DNA from: a virus
Taxonomy: Duplodnaviria; Caudoviricetes
Virus record (IMG/VR): IMGVR_UViG_3300017909_005256
Span: 1-37,401 of that record
DNA length: 37,401 nt
Strand: one strand, 5' to 3'
This document shows, piece by piece, positions 19,901 through 25,887 of the stretch; positions within the stretch are counted from its first letter, which is position 1, and every line of letters starts with the position of its first letter. The notes beneath the pieces were generated by a model, which was given only the letters and a program-made list of their open reading frames with translations, made no database searches and was not told where the DNA came from. The translations under genes and the position numbers were made by a program.

Positions 19901-20303
19901 CTTGAGTTGTATTAAAGGTTGTACTTGTTGTAAAAGTAGTTGTAGTTGTAAACTCAGTTGTGGTACTAAATGCAGTTTCAAAAGCTGTTGTTGTAGCTAT
20001 TGCGGTATCTGTTGCTGCTGCTGTATTGAACGAAGTGTCAGTAGAATATAATGTGGTTGTAGTTGTACTTTGTGTAGTATTAAATGTAGTAGTTGTGGTA
20101 AAAGCTGTTTCTTGTACTCCAGATATAGTTGAGGTAGAAGTGTCGGTATTTCTTGATGTAGTTTCTACGACTGTAAAAGGCCCTGCGAGTGCTCCGCCAT
20201 CGTTTACATATACCTCATTGATTCTTCTAAGAGTTCCGCTATCATTAACCGCCAAATAACTGACTTGTCTAAGCGTACCACTATTATTAACATAAATTGC
20301 CAT
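10977..20303 (-). CDS. giant 3108-aa Thr-rich repeat protein, putative virion fibre; predicted self-complementary beta-hairpin
   Basis: Single 9.3-kb ORF with variable third codon positions; short unique head (YVNNSGTLR-type repeats) and tail (FGFSYWDGSQW); Thr-rich arms with mirrored aromatic vs R/Q/K spacing; lies in the fibre operon. Confidence 0.88.
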   Translation of the reverse strand: MAIYVNNSGTLRQVSYLAVNDSGTLRRINEVYVNDGGALAGPFTVVETTSRNTDTSTSTISGVQETAFTTTTTFNTTQSTTTTTLYSTDTSFNTAAATDTAIATTTAFETAFSTTTEFTTTTTFTTSTTFNTTQGTTTTFTTTTAFNTTTTFNTTQNTTTTFSTTTTFTTSTTFNTTQSTVTTFETTTTFDTTTTFNTTETVETAFTTTTEFTTQTTVETSTNTTTVFSTTTAFTTTTTFNTTQGTTTNFTTTTTFNTTTTFNTGQTTTTTFNTTTAFNTTTTFNTTQNTTTTFTTTTAFNTTTTFNTTQSTTTTFTTTTTFNTTTTFNTSQDTTTTFNTTTQFTTTTTFNTTQSTTTTFNTTTEFATTTTFETNTNTTTVFNTTTQFTTTTTFNTTQSTTTSVATTTAFTTTTTFNTTQNTTTNFTTTTTFNTTTTFNTGQTTVTTFETTTAFNTTTTFNTTQSTITTFDTTTQFNTTTTFNTTQNTTTTFTTTTAFNTTTTFNTTQGTTTTFNTTTQFTTTTTFATSQNTTTTFNTTTAYTTTTTFNTSQSTTTVFNTTTQFTTTTTFETTQNTTTTFNTTTAYTTTTTFNTTQNTTTQFTTTTAYTTTTTFETTQNTTTTFTTTTAFNTTTTFNTTKSTTTVFATTTSYDTTTTFETTQNTTTTFTTTTAFNTTTTFNTSQSTTTTFNTTTQFTTTTTFETTQNTTTAFNTTTTYTTTTTFNTTQNTTTTFNTTTTFNTTTTFNTTQSTTTTFGTTTAYTTTTTFNTTQNTTTVFTTTTAYTTTTTFETSRNTTTTFGTTTAYTTTTTFNTTRNTTTVFNTTTSYTTTTTFETTQNTTTVFSTTTAYTTTTTFNTTQNTTTVFNTTTAYTTTTTFNTTQNTTTVFSTTTAYTTTTTFNTSKNTTTIFNTTTAYSTTTTFETNRDTTTEFDTTTAYTTSFDTVISTSRTTTFATTTIFTTTTSQTTSTAQGTNTATSTTFTAGTSQGTNTSTSDSTNTSQSTNTGTTTTFDASTTQSTNTAQSTSTAQSTNTGTTTTFDAGTTQSTNTAQSTNTAQSTTTGTTTTFDASTTQSTNTAQSTSTAQSTTTGTTTTFTTTTTFNTGTTTTFTASTTQSTNTNTTTAFNTTTTFLQATDTTFIESTAQSTNTNTTTAFNTTTTFLQATDTTFIESTAQSTNTGTTTTFATTTTFLQATDTTFVASTAQSTNTGTSTTFATTTTFLQATDTTFIESTAQSTNTGTTTTFTTTTSFTNNTNTGTTTAYTTAFTNNTNTGTTTTFATTTTFNEATDTTFNENTTQSTNTATTTTFTTNTNYNTGTTTTFTTTTTFNQVTNTTFVASTTQGTNTSTSTNTSQATNTATNTTFVASTTQGTNTSTSTNTSQATNTATNTTFTAGTSQGTNTSTSTNTSQATNTSTSTNTARGTSRATNTSTSTNTSQGTSRGTNTSTSTNTARGTSRGTNTSTSTNTSFNESTTQGTNTVTATFFNTSRGTNTSTSTNTSFNENTTQGTNTSTSTNTSRNTTVQTETEFNRTTSFTNNTNTGTTTVYFTNTSFFCPEFGTTIQQPEQTSRGTNTSTSTNTSRNTIAERDTVFVRNTTFTNNTNTGTNTTFVASTSQTNNTNTGTTTTYLTSRATNTATNTTFVASTSQTNNTNTGTTTTYTTAFTNNTNTGTTTTYTTAFANNTNTGTTTTYTTAFTNNTNTNTTTSFTNNTNTGTTTTFNESTTQSTNTNTTTSFTNNTNTGTNTTFNENTTQSTNTSTTTSFTNNTNTGTNTTFNENTTQSTNTSTAQSTNTAQGTNTVSSRGTNTSQGTNTATNTTFVASTTQSTNTSTAQSTATAQGTNTSTSTNTSQGTSRGTNTSTSTNTSQATNTAQGTNTSTTTTFDAATTQSTNTSTAQSTATAQGTNTSTTTTFNESTTQGTNTSTAQSTATAQGTNTSTTTTFDAATTQSTNTSTSQTTGTSQSTNTSTTTTFDASTTQGTNTSTSQTTGTSQSTNTATSTTFNESTTQGTNTSTSQGTNTAQGTNTNTTSTFDTTTTFDTDTSFIESTAQGTNTNTTSTFATTTAFETDTTFIESTAQATNTTTSTVFDTTTTFATDTTFIESTAQGTNTTTSTTFTTTTVYNTGTTTTFTETTTQSTNTGTTTTFNTTTAFSTNTAQSTNTSQTTTFETAFITSRASSRATGTSRTTSTIFNTTQTTGTSRDTATSKATTTTFETSQGTATSRATDTSQDTTTTFETDQSTGSSRSTATSKATVTTFETDQGTATSRATDTSQSTTTTFDTDQSTGSSRSTATSKSTVTTFETDQGTATSRTTDTTQSTSTTFNTNQATGTSRSTDTSQSTTTTFETDQGTATSRTTDTTQSTDTVFNTTQDTATSRNTATTQSTVTTFETSQGTATSRATLTSRNTTTTFDTDQSTASSRDTSTSKSTTTVFATSQGTETSRGTDTTQSTTTTFDTSRASGTSRSTDTSQSTTTTFETSQGTETSRGTDTSQSTTTTFDTDQATGSSRGTTTSKSTVTTYETDQGTATSRDTSTSQSTTTTFDTDQSTGSSRSTSTSKSTVTTYETDQGTATSRDTSTSKNTTTIFDTDQSTSSSRDTATTQSTVTTFETSQGTETSRGTDTTQSTTTTFETDQSTGSSRSTATTQSTTTTFATSQGTETSRGTDTSRNTVTGFETSADTETSRNTISVVATVTTFETSQGTETTRSTDTTENTTTTFETDQSTSSSRDTSTSQSTSTVYDTSQGTATSRDTATTQSTTTTFETDQSTASSRSTATTQSTSTTFETSQGTETTRGTDTTQSTTTTFNTTQDTGTSRGTDTTQSTATVFETTQSTETSQDTATSKSTVTGFETTDDTATSRNTISVVATVTTFETSQGTETSRSTDTSQSTTTAFDTVFDTLTTRSTDTTINTVSTFETSSVVATSRATETNRGTTTIFETAQDTDTSRSTDTSQSTTTTFATSQGTETSRGTDTSQSTTTTFETSQDTDTSQATLTTRATDTTIETTTTTDTAVGTTTTFETTISTSSSRGTTTTTTFETSKSTDTTVATGALTTTTFSTQTTIFERVTASSAGTLFNTEVSSASDFGFSYWDGSQWSETN
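11150..13740 (-). repeat. 22-aa (66-bp) degenerate repeats of the C-terminal arm, consensus about TTTTFETxQxTxTSRxTxTx(Q/K)S
   Basis: Repeated units such as TTTTFETDQSTGSSRSTATSKA; boundaries approximate. Confidence 0.85.
17500..20100 (-). repeat. 22-aa (66-bp) degenerate repeats of the N-terminal arm, consensus about TTTTFNTTQNTTTTFNTTTx(F/Y)T
   Basis: Repeated units such as TTTTFNTTQSTTTTFNTTTQFT; boundaries approximate. Confidence 0.85.
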
Positions 20304-20326
20304 CTACTACTACTTTTTTATACTAC

Positions 20327-20548
20327 TTAGCTTGAGTATACAAACCAGATATGACCGTCACTTGTACCAGTCGTATCAGTCGGGGCAGTTGTTGTTATTG
20401 TAAAAGGTAATCTACCACTATCAATAGTACCAGATCCAATTTTATCTGAAGCAACTGACCCTTCAAAGTTTCTGGTTGCATCAATAACGTCCGAGCCGTC
20501 AATCTTTAAACCAGAATCTTCGATATTAAAATCTAACTTTTGTCCCAT
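20327..20548 (-). CDS. small tail-fibre-associated protein
   Basis: 73 aa ending TITTTAPTDTTGTSDGHIWFVYSS, a 'ApS...dGdiW' segment typical of phage fibre modules; lies between two fibre-like genes. Confidence 0.65.
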   Translation of the reverse strand: MGQKLDFNIEDSGLKIDGSDVIDATRNFEGSVASDKIGSGTIDSGRLPFTITTTAPTDTTGTSDGHIWFVYSS

Positions 20549-20550
20549 TT

Positions 20551-23241
20551 CTATACCTCTAATGTAGTTCTTATAAACTTGTACGCCATAGTGTCTGTAC
20601 TTGCTGGCGTTACTCTTAATCTTACATTACCACTATCTATATCTGCGTCAAAAGTCGCTTGCGCTCCATTATCAAATATAGATGCGTACTGTGTTAAATA
20701 AACTGTTGATCCATCATGAAACAAAAATATTTCTATTGAATGATAATCTCCATCTGTGGAGTTTACAATTTGAACTATATATTTTGCTGTTCTAAATGTT
20801 GTTGCACTATATGAATCAAGTGTAAATTGTGCTGTTGATGAAGAACTTCCTGTACCTACATCAAATCCAGCAACTTCATCTATATGAAGTTTTTGTGGCG
20901 GTGCTGAATCTTGAATACCTAGTAAACCTGCAACATTTACTTCATCGGAAGTACCATCACCTAAGTCTATATTTCCAGAGAATGTAACATCCCCACTAAA
21001 TGTTTGTCCGCTTAATGCACCACTTGCTAATTCACTTGTTCCAATGCTGTTTGCTGCTATTTCTGAACTGCCTACTGCATTTGCTTGAATTTTTGCCGCT
21101 GTAACTGAGTTACCTGCTAGTTGATTAGTATTAATTAAACCATCTGTAATATATGCGGCACTATCAATAGCGTTATCAGCTATTTTAGCGCTAGTTACAG
21201 AATCAGAAGCTAAATGTATAGCATCTATTGATCCTGATACTAACTCTGCAGAGTCTACTGAGTTTTGAGCTATTTGAGTACTACCAACTGCGTTACCTGC
21301 TATTTCTGAAGAGCCTATTGCATTTGCGGATATTTCTGAACTACCTACAGCATTTCCTGCTATCTTGGTTGCTACTACTGAATTTGCTGCTAAATGTATA
21401 GCATCTATTGATCCTGATACTAACTCTGCAGAGTCTACTGAGTTTTGAGCTATTTGAGTTGAGCCCACAGCATTACCAGCTATTTCTGAAGAACCGACAA
21501 CATTTTCCGCTATTTTAGCTGCTGTTATAGAATTGTCTGATAAATGAATAGTATCTATTGATCCTGATACTAACTCTGCAGAGTCAACGCTATTAGCAGC
21601 TATCTCTGCACTACCAACAGCGTTTCCTGCAATATGTCTTGCAACTACTGCGTTACTTGCTAGTTTAGTAGCATCTATTGAGTTATCAGCTATTTTTGCT
21701 GTAGTGATAGTGTTATCGGCAATATCAGCTGCAACAATAGTTCCATTTACTATTTTTGCTGAAGTAACAGAATTATCTGCTATTGCTGATGCAGTACCTG
21801 TTAAATTACCTGTAATGTCGCCTTCTATATCTGCTACAAGAACTGCTTTTTCATAACTAGCTGCTTCTGTATTTACTGTGGAAGTTGGTTGTGTTGTTAA
21901 GTTTTTAAATAATTTAAACTTTCCACTATCTGATGCATCTCTGAATAATCCTGTATATTCGTCTTGAGAGCCACTATCATCGTAGACTCCATAAAATCCA
22001 ATATCAATTGCATCGCTTGATGTATTGTTGTTTGCTAGTTCAAGTAATGAATCATTCATTGTAATAGTCGTTGCCGAAGCAATAAAACTAGAACCAGAGA
22101 CTGTTACATCTCCTGAGAATGTTACATTACCTGTAAATGTTTGTCCTGAAAGAGCGCCACTTGCCAGCTCACTTGAGCCAACAGCGTTTTCAGCTAGCTC
22201 TGCACTATCAACAGCATTTCCAGCTATTTCAGCTGATCCTACAGCATTGCCAGCTATTTCAGCTGCTCCTACGGCATTGCCAGCTATTTCCGCTGATCCT
22301 ACAGCATTTGCTGCTATAGTTTCTGCTATTACTGAATTACTCGCTAATTTTGCATTTGTAACTGCATTATCTTGTATTTTTGCGGTTATGACTGAATCAG
22401 AAGCTAAATGTATAGCATCTATACTGCCTGTAACTAATTCGCTGGAATCTACTGAATTTTCAGCAAGTTCTGAACTACCTACTGCATTTGCAGCTATATC
22501 TCCTGCTACAACAGCATTTCCTGCTATTTTTCCTGAAGTTACTGAATTATCTGCAAGATGAATAGTATCTATACTACCTGTAACTAATTCACTACTATCA
22601 ACCGAATTTTCAGCAAGTTCTGAACTACCTACTGCATTTGCCGCTAGTTGTGTTGAAGTAACAGCGTTTCCTGCTATTTCTGCACTATCAACAGCATTAG
22701 CAGCTATTTTAGCTGATGTAACTTGATTGTCTGATATTGTGATAGCTCCATCAGCGATTTGAACTCCTGTAACTGCATTTGCAGCTATCTCTGAACTGTC
22801 TACTGAGTTTGCTGATATTTCTGCACTTCCAACAGCATTTCCAGCTATCTGTGTAGAAGTAACAGCGTTTCCTGCTATTTCTGAACTATCTACTGAATTT
22901 TCCGCTAGTGAACTTGAAGTAACTGAGTTTGTTGCAAGTTTTGCTGATGTTACTGCTGCTGAGTCTAACTCTGAAGTGCCTACTGCACCTGCTGCGATTT
23001 CTGCGCTACCTACCGCGTTTGCTGCTATAGCTGCTGAATCAATAGAATTATCTCCAACTGAAGTAACCGCTGTACCTTGTAACTGTGCTGATCCTACAGC
23101 ATTTGTTGCTATTTCTGATGATGTAACAGAGTTTTCTGCTAGTTCCGCACTATCAATTGCATTATTAGCAACTTTTGCCGCTGTTACTGCGTTTTCACCT
23201 AAAGCAACATCTTGTACTAAAATTTTTCCAATTAATGGCAT
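20551..23241 (-). CDS. tail fibre / virion structural protein with decapeptide repeats
   Basis: Dozens of (A/G)xN(A/S)V(G/T/D)SxE(I/L) 10-aa repeats interrupted by a globular insert (DSLLELANNN..DIGFYG) and ending in a beta domain (FRTAKYIVQI...GNVRLRVTP) of a kind seen in aquatic phage structural proteins. Confidence 0.75.
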   Translation of the reverse strand: MPLIGKILVQDVALGENAVTAAKVANNAIDSAELAENSVTSSEIATNAVGSAQLQGTAVTSVGDNSIDSAAIAANAVGSAEIAAGAVGTSELDSAAVTSAKLATNSVTSSSLAENSVDSSEIAGNAVTSTQIAGNAVGSAEISANSVDSSEIAANAVTGVQIADGAITISDNQVTSAKIAANAVDSAEIAGNAVTSTQLAANAVGSSELAENSVDSSELVTGSIDTIHLADNSVTSGKIAGNAVVAGDIAANAVGSSELAENSVDSSELVTGSIDAIHLASDSVITAKIQDNAVTNAKLASNSVIAETIAANAVGSAEIAGNAVGAAEIAGNAVGSAEIAGNAVDSAELAENAVGSSELASGALSGQTFTGNVTFSGDVTVSGSSFIASATTITMNDSLLELANNNTSSDAIDIGFYGVYDDSGSQDEYTGLFRDASDSGKFKLFKNLTTQPTSTVNTEAASYEKAVLVADIEGDITGNLTGTASAIADNSVTSAKIVNGTIVAADIADNTITTAKIADNSIDATKLASNAVVARHIAGNAVGSAEIAANSVDSAELVSGSIDTIHLSDNSITAAKIAENVVGSSEIAGNAVGSTQIAQNSVDSAELVSGSIDAIHLAANSVVATKIAGNAVGSSEISANAIGSSEIAGNAVGSTQIAQNSVDSAELVSGSIDAIHLASDSVTSAKIADNAIDSAAYITDGLINTNQLAGNSVTAAKIQANAVGSSEIAANSIGTSELASGALSGQTFSGDVTFSGNIDLGDGTSDEVNVAGLLGIQDSAPPQKLHIDEVAGFDVGTGSSSSTAQFTLDSYSATTFRTAKYIVQIVNSTDGDYHSIEIFLFHDGSTVYLTQYASIFDNGAQATFDADIDSGNVRLRVTPASTDTMAYKFIRTTLEV
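21209..21459. repeat. 71-bp identical direct repeat (21209-21279 and 21389-21459)
   Basis: gctaaatgtatagcatctattgatcctgatactaactctgcagagtctactgagttttgagctatttgagt occurs twice, 180 bp apart, with a partial third copy near 21550. Confidence 0.85.
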
Positions 23242-23242
23242 A

Positions 23243-23575
23243 TTATGTTTGCTCCAAATAACTTAGTACTACATCTACAGTGCTGGCTATATTTGATTGA
23301 ACTTTAATTGCGTCTCCTGCCTCAAGTACTACTTTAGCATCTCCACCGACTGGTGCTAGGGTTGATTGACCTGGAATTTCTCCACTTGCTAATATATTTA
23401 CATCGGTGCTAGTGCTACTGTCTGTAAAAATAACATTCGCTTCTATAGCACCTGTAGTCGTATTACATAGATATAATCCGATTATAGTTGAAGTTGTAGA
23501 GGCAGGACATGTATAAACAGTTGTTTCAACTGTTCCTACATTATTTGCGACTACTGATTTAAATGTTGATGCCAT
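23243..23575 (-). CDS. small beta-rich virion structural protein (fibre/spike adaptor-like)
   Basis: MASTFK..., TVYTCPA, KVVLEAGDAIKVQS, DVVLSYLE pattern; follows an 'AIALG'-ending gene, a pairing I recognise from aquatic phages. Confidence 0.65.
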   Translation of the reverse strand: MASTFKSVVANNVGTVETTVYTCPASTTSTIIGLYLCNTTTGAIEANVIFTDSSTSTDVNILASGEIPGQSTLAPVGGDAKVVLEAGDAIKVQSNIASTVDVVLSYLEQT

Positions 23576-23578
23576 GTG

Positions 23579-23869
23579 TTATCCCAATGCTATTGCAAAA
23601 GCAAGTATATCTGCTTCAGTTGCAAATCGTCCTTCTACGTTTGCAGGAGTAAATGTAAATACACCAGCATTGTCGTATGTTAAACTACCATTTCCACTTG
23701 CTGTTGCAGTCGTTACACTAAAATCTGTTAATGCAGCAGAATCACCTGAGGGAATTGCTGATGATATTGTAAGTGTAGTCGTATTGCTCGTGGCTGTAAT
23801 TGTCGTAGTATTAGGAGTAATAGTTAATTTATTATTATCACTAGGAGTAATAATTAATTTGGTAGCCAT
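23579..23869 (-). CDS. small fibre-associated protein ending in AFAIALG
   Basis: 96 aa; GNGSLTYDNAGVFTFTP fibre-type segment; TAATG coupling to the upstream gene. Confidence 0.6.
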   Translation of the reverse strand: MATKLIITPSDNNKLTITPNTTTITATSNTTTLTISSAIPSGDSAALTDFSVTTATASGNGSLTYDNAGVFTFTPANVEGRFATEADILAFAIALG

Positions 23870-24207
23870 TATCGTGTAACTTCTTGTGTGACTCTTGCAA
23901 CGCCTTGAATTAGTCTAGTAACAGTATTTGCACTTGTATTTACTAGCTCTAAATCGTAAAAATATTTTCCTGCAGTTACGTTTGTAGTTGTACCGTGACC
24001 CAATTCCATTTTTAAAATGCCATTTGCAGAGTCAGTTATAGTACAAGTAAAATCTGCTGTTTTTGTGTCTGAATTAAGAGTTGGGCGCAGTTGTGCTCGT
24101 GCTGAATGTGTACTTAAATTCACATTTGCACCATCTTGTTCTACTTGAATTTGTATTGAAAAAGTCGATCCCTGATCGATTACGATATCATACGTTCCTG
24201 CCGCCAT
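23869..24207 (-). CDS. T5 p132/LtfC-like collar protein (Ig/BppU-like fold) anchoring lateral fibres
   Basis: DIVIDQG, VNLSTHSARAQLR, DFTCTITDSANGILKMEL, YFYDLEL and RLIQGVARVTQEVTR match the recalled p132/BppU-N pattern; AGGAG RBS at 24215-24219. Confidence 0.7.
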   Translation of the reverse strand: MAAGTYDIVIDQGSTFSIQIQVEQDGANVNLSTHSARAQLRPTLNSDTKTADFTCTITDSANGILKMELGHGTTTNVTAGKYFYDLELVNTSANTVTRLIQGVARVTQEVTR

Positions 24208-24227
24208 TTTTATACTCCTATACGCTA

Positions 24228-24256
24228 ATTATATCAAAAACTTGAGGGTTTGTCAA
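24228..24256 (-). promoter_or_regulatory. consensus sigma70 promoter driving the fibre/glycosylation operon
   Basis: Minus strand reads AAAAATAATTC-TTGACA(24256-24251)-17 nt-TATAAT(24233-24228), followed by AGGAG and ATG 24207; sits in the largest intergenic gap of the window. Confidence 0.9.
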
Positions 24257-24285
24257 GAATTATTTTTGAGGGGTGTTCTTTCAAC

Positions 24286-24474
24286 CTATGAACTTGGGTA
24301 TTTGTCTTTAACTGCTTTTCTATCAAGATAAAAATTTCCTGTTTTTGCTGTATCCCCAAACTTACCACTATCAATATCATGATATAAAAGATCGAGTTGC
24401 TCTACTATTGCTGGATAATATCCTTTTCTTTTTGTATCATATGTTGATCCTGATTTTGTTAAACTTATATTCAC
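24286..24474 (-). CDS. small hypothetical protein (possible fibre assembly chaperone)
   Basis: 62 aa, GTG start overlapping the upstream TGA; KR..YP.I.EQLDLLYHDI...KAVKDKYP motif common in phage tail regions. Confidence 0.65.
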   Translation of the reverse strand: MNISLTKSGSTYDTKRKGYYPAIVEQLDLLYHDIDSGKFGDTAKTGNFYLDRKAVKDKYPSS

Positions 24475-24893
24475 TCTCCATACCTCTTTACATTAATATA
24501 TTCTGGGGAATGATATTTATACCCCAATTTACTAAATTGTATTTTATATTTTCCTGGTTCATCGCAGGAAAAACTTAAACTCGTACTATTCATAGTACCT
24601 TTTGATACATTATCAACAAAGACCTCTGTTCCAGAAGGTAATCCTGTAATTGTAACAGTATCATCTATTGCTGGAGTTTTTGAACTGAATGAAGGTGCAA
24701 ACGTAGTCATTTCTTCTATGTCTGTTCCTCCACTATTTACCCAGTAAATATCTGGACTTGGTGCGTTGTCTGTATCTTTACTTAAATAACTCAAACCTTC
24801 ATTTGCTTGTTCTGTAATTACATTTGAATCTATATTACTTGTTGTAGACCAAACAATTTTTTTGTCTGAATTATAAAAAATATGCCATGTCAT
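24471..24893 (-). CDS. hypothetical tail-associated protein
   Basis: 140 aa, ATGA coupled; C-terminal Ig-like pattern (ITGLPSGTEVFVD...PGKYKIQF). Confidence 0.6.
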   Translation of the reverse strand: MTWHIFYNSDKKIVWSTTSNIDSNVITEQANEGLSYLSKDTDNAPSPDIYWVNSGGTDIEEMTTFAPSFSSKTPAIDDTVTITGLPSGTEVFVDNVSKGTMNSTSLSFSCDEPGKYKIQFSKLGYKYHSPEYINVKRYGE

Positions 24894-25453
24894 AAACTTC
24901 TCCCATCTAAAAAATTTTCTGCTTTAAAAATTACCCATGAAACTGCTACTGCTTGTGAATTCGCATCATTGTTAGTTGGATTCGATGCGTTAAACTCAAA
25001 AAATACTGCATTTTGTATTTTTATATTTGTATTTGTAGTTTCTATAAATGCTCTAACACCTGCATTTGATTGAAACTCTTCATCATCTTCTTCCTCTTCT
25101 TCGGCTGGTATAACTTCTTGAAACCCATATGCTACGGGATTAAAAACTTGAGTTGCAATTCCGTTTGAATCTAAATCACTTACTCTACACCATCTAACTG
25201 CATACGCTGGATCATATCCTAATCCATGTGTTATTGTATGAGTATTAGCAGTATAAGTAGTGTTTGCATAAGTTACATTTGTATGCCGACTTGCTAAAAT
25301 AGTTTGTCCGTATGCTTCTACAATTAAACTTTCTCCTGCTCTTGAATCAAAGGCAAGTGGATTTGTAGTAGTTAATACATCATCTCCTGATTGAGATACA
25401 TACAATCCCTCTCCTCCAGTTGCTCTATTTCCTAGTAATACTCTATTTGCCAT
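24890..25453 (-). CDS. tail-tip associated protein, MANRVLLG paralog 3
   Basis: N-terminus MANRVLLG..GLYVSQSGDDVLT...LAFDS; HTITHGLGYDP motif; acidic loop. Confidence 0.7.
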   Translation of the reverse strand: MANRVLLGNRATGGEGLYVSQSGDDVLTTTNPLAFDSRAGESLIVEAYGQTILASRHTNVTYANTTYTANTHTITHGLGYDPAYAVRWCRVSDLDSNGIATQVFNPVAYGFQEVIPAEEEEEDDEEFQSNAGVRAFIETTNTNIKIQNAVFFEFNASNPTNNDANSQAVAVSWVIFKAENFLDGRSL

Positions 25454-25887
25454 TAAAACCTCGCTACATTTTTATATTGTGGAACTGCTGAAAATACATA
25501 AGTTTGTGAATTAGTTGTATTTGCATTTTTTACATTAATTGTTGTTGCATTGATAGAGTTTATTTCTAATTTTGCTCCACTATCTGTAAGTGATGTAGTG
25601 TACCCTCCAAATGCTATTAGTCCATGTGCTGCTGATACTGTTGTTATAGATACATTTACAGTTGTATTTGCAGCTATCGTAGTACTCACAGTTGCTGCAT
25701 TAGCAGATACTGTTAATAATTGATATAGTGCTTTTATATCTCCACTACTACCTTTATCTGTATTAAATATTAAATTATCTTCTCCAGTGGTAAGTACATT
25801 TTCTCCTGGTTTACTTATCCATAGACCATATTTGGAACTGCCGCCTCGTGCTGTGCTTGCTTGTCCTAGTAATACTCTATTTGCCAT
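25453..25887 (-). CDS. tail-tip associated protein, MANRVLLG paralog 2
   Basis: Start reassigned to ATG 25887 (TAATG overlap with the upstream stop) giving MANRVLLGQ..YGLWISKPGENVLT...LIFNT. Confidence 0.7.
   Translation of the reverse strand: MANRVLLGQASTARGGSSKYGLWISKPGENVLTTGEDNLIFNTDKGSSGDIKALYQLLTVSANAATVSTTIAANTTVNVSITTVSAAHGLIAFGGYTTSLTDSGAKLEINSINATTINVKNANTTNSQTYVFSAVPQYKNVARF

Noticed and set aside
11050-20259. Many overlapping Val-, Cys- or Gln/Leu-rich ORFs on both strands
   Set aside because: Shadow frames of ACN-rich Thr repeats, which rarely generate stops; no independent start signals, and the 3108-aa frame explains the periodicity.
10977-20303. CRISPR array or non-coding tandem repeat
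   Set aside because: No invariant repeat with unique spacers; variation concentrates at third codon positions within one open frame.
10977-20303. Classical disordered mucin (PTS) domain
   Set aside because: Arms lack proline and show strict two-residue periodicity with regularly spaced aromatics, pointing to beta structure; only the glycosylation analogy is kept.
10977-20303. Ice-nucleation/antifreeze protein (TxT ladders)
   Set aside because: TxT is abundant but the Gly-rich turn repeats of InaZ-type solenoids are missing and the mirror pairing fits a hairpin better; ice binding cannot be excluded without an assay.
10977-20303. DNA-level inverted repeat or invertible segment explaining the symmetry
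   Set aside because: Both halves keep the same strand bias (GT-rich on +); mirrored positions hold unrelated codons such as TTT vs AGA.
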